A DNA stretch of 24,000 nucleotides from Bacillota bacterium (GTDB lineage Bacteria; Bacillota; Clostridia; Acetivibrionales; DSM-1351). Position 1 is the stretch's first letter. Every line of letters begins with the position of its first letter. The DNA lies in contig JAEZUC010000079.1 in assembly GCA_023443515.1 (NCBI GenBank), positions 23,664-47,663 on the forward strand, given 5' to 3'. The notes under the pieces are model-generated. The model did no database searches. It was not told the DNA's origin and was given only the letters and a program-made list of their open reading frames with translations. Of the stretch, positions 23,896 to 24,000 are shown in pieces. The position numbers and the translations under genes were made by a program.

Positions 23896-24000
23896 AATAG
23901 TGTAAGGAAAAACCTCAAATTTATACTTGAGATTTATTCTTTGCAAAGAAGGTCAAGAAATCCGTTTTACCTGATGATATCCTTTTATATGAGGTGATTA

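Noticed and set aside
1-24000. Search for CRISPR arrays, tRNA/rRNA genes, transposases/integrases, IS inverted repeats and riboswitch/T-box leaders.
   Set aside because: I found no regularly spaced direct repeats, no cloverleaf-like or rRNA-like segments, and no DDE/tyrosine/serine recombinase motifs in any frame. Intergenic leaders are short and contain only promoters or terminators.

Overview
AT-rich, low-GC Firmicutes-type DNA (Clostridia-like by gene content and Shine-Dalgarno usage; this is inference only). Almost all genes are on the + strand.

Left flank:
- 3' end of an unknown CDS.
- fabV/ter (trans-2-enoyl-CoA reductase).
- A short SecA paralog of the SecA2 type.

Centre (~4.2-17.5 kb): a composite peptide-signalling / class II bacteriocin locus, which is the most interesting part of the window.
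1. A LytTR response regulator plus an AgrC-like histidine kinase.
2. A 51-aa double-glycine-leader peptide that is absent from the supplied ORF track (6413-6568). It is a likely pheromone.
3. A small membrane protein and a truncated GyrI-like protein.
4. A second operon: alpha/beta-hydrolase, polytopic histidine kinase and NarL/LuxR-type response regulator.
5. An intact GyrI-like paralog followed by two adjacent GG-leader, GxxxG-rich peptides (a two-peptide bacteriocin candidate).
6. A small two-TM protein, a C39-peptidase ABC exporter, an unusually long HlyD adaptor and a signal-peptide-bearing TolC-like coiled-coil protein.

Right flank:
- A convergent pentapeptide-repeat protein.
- An in-frame PGK-TIM fusion gene and gpmI.
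- An orphan membrane protein and an XRE regulator with a palindromic operator and a near-consensus divergent promoter.

I found no rRNA, tRNA, CRISPR array, transposase or integrase. All functional calls rest on motifs read by eye from the translations. No database search was run.
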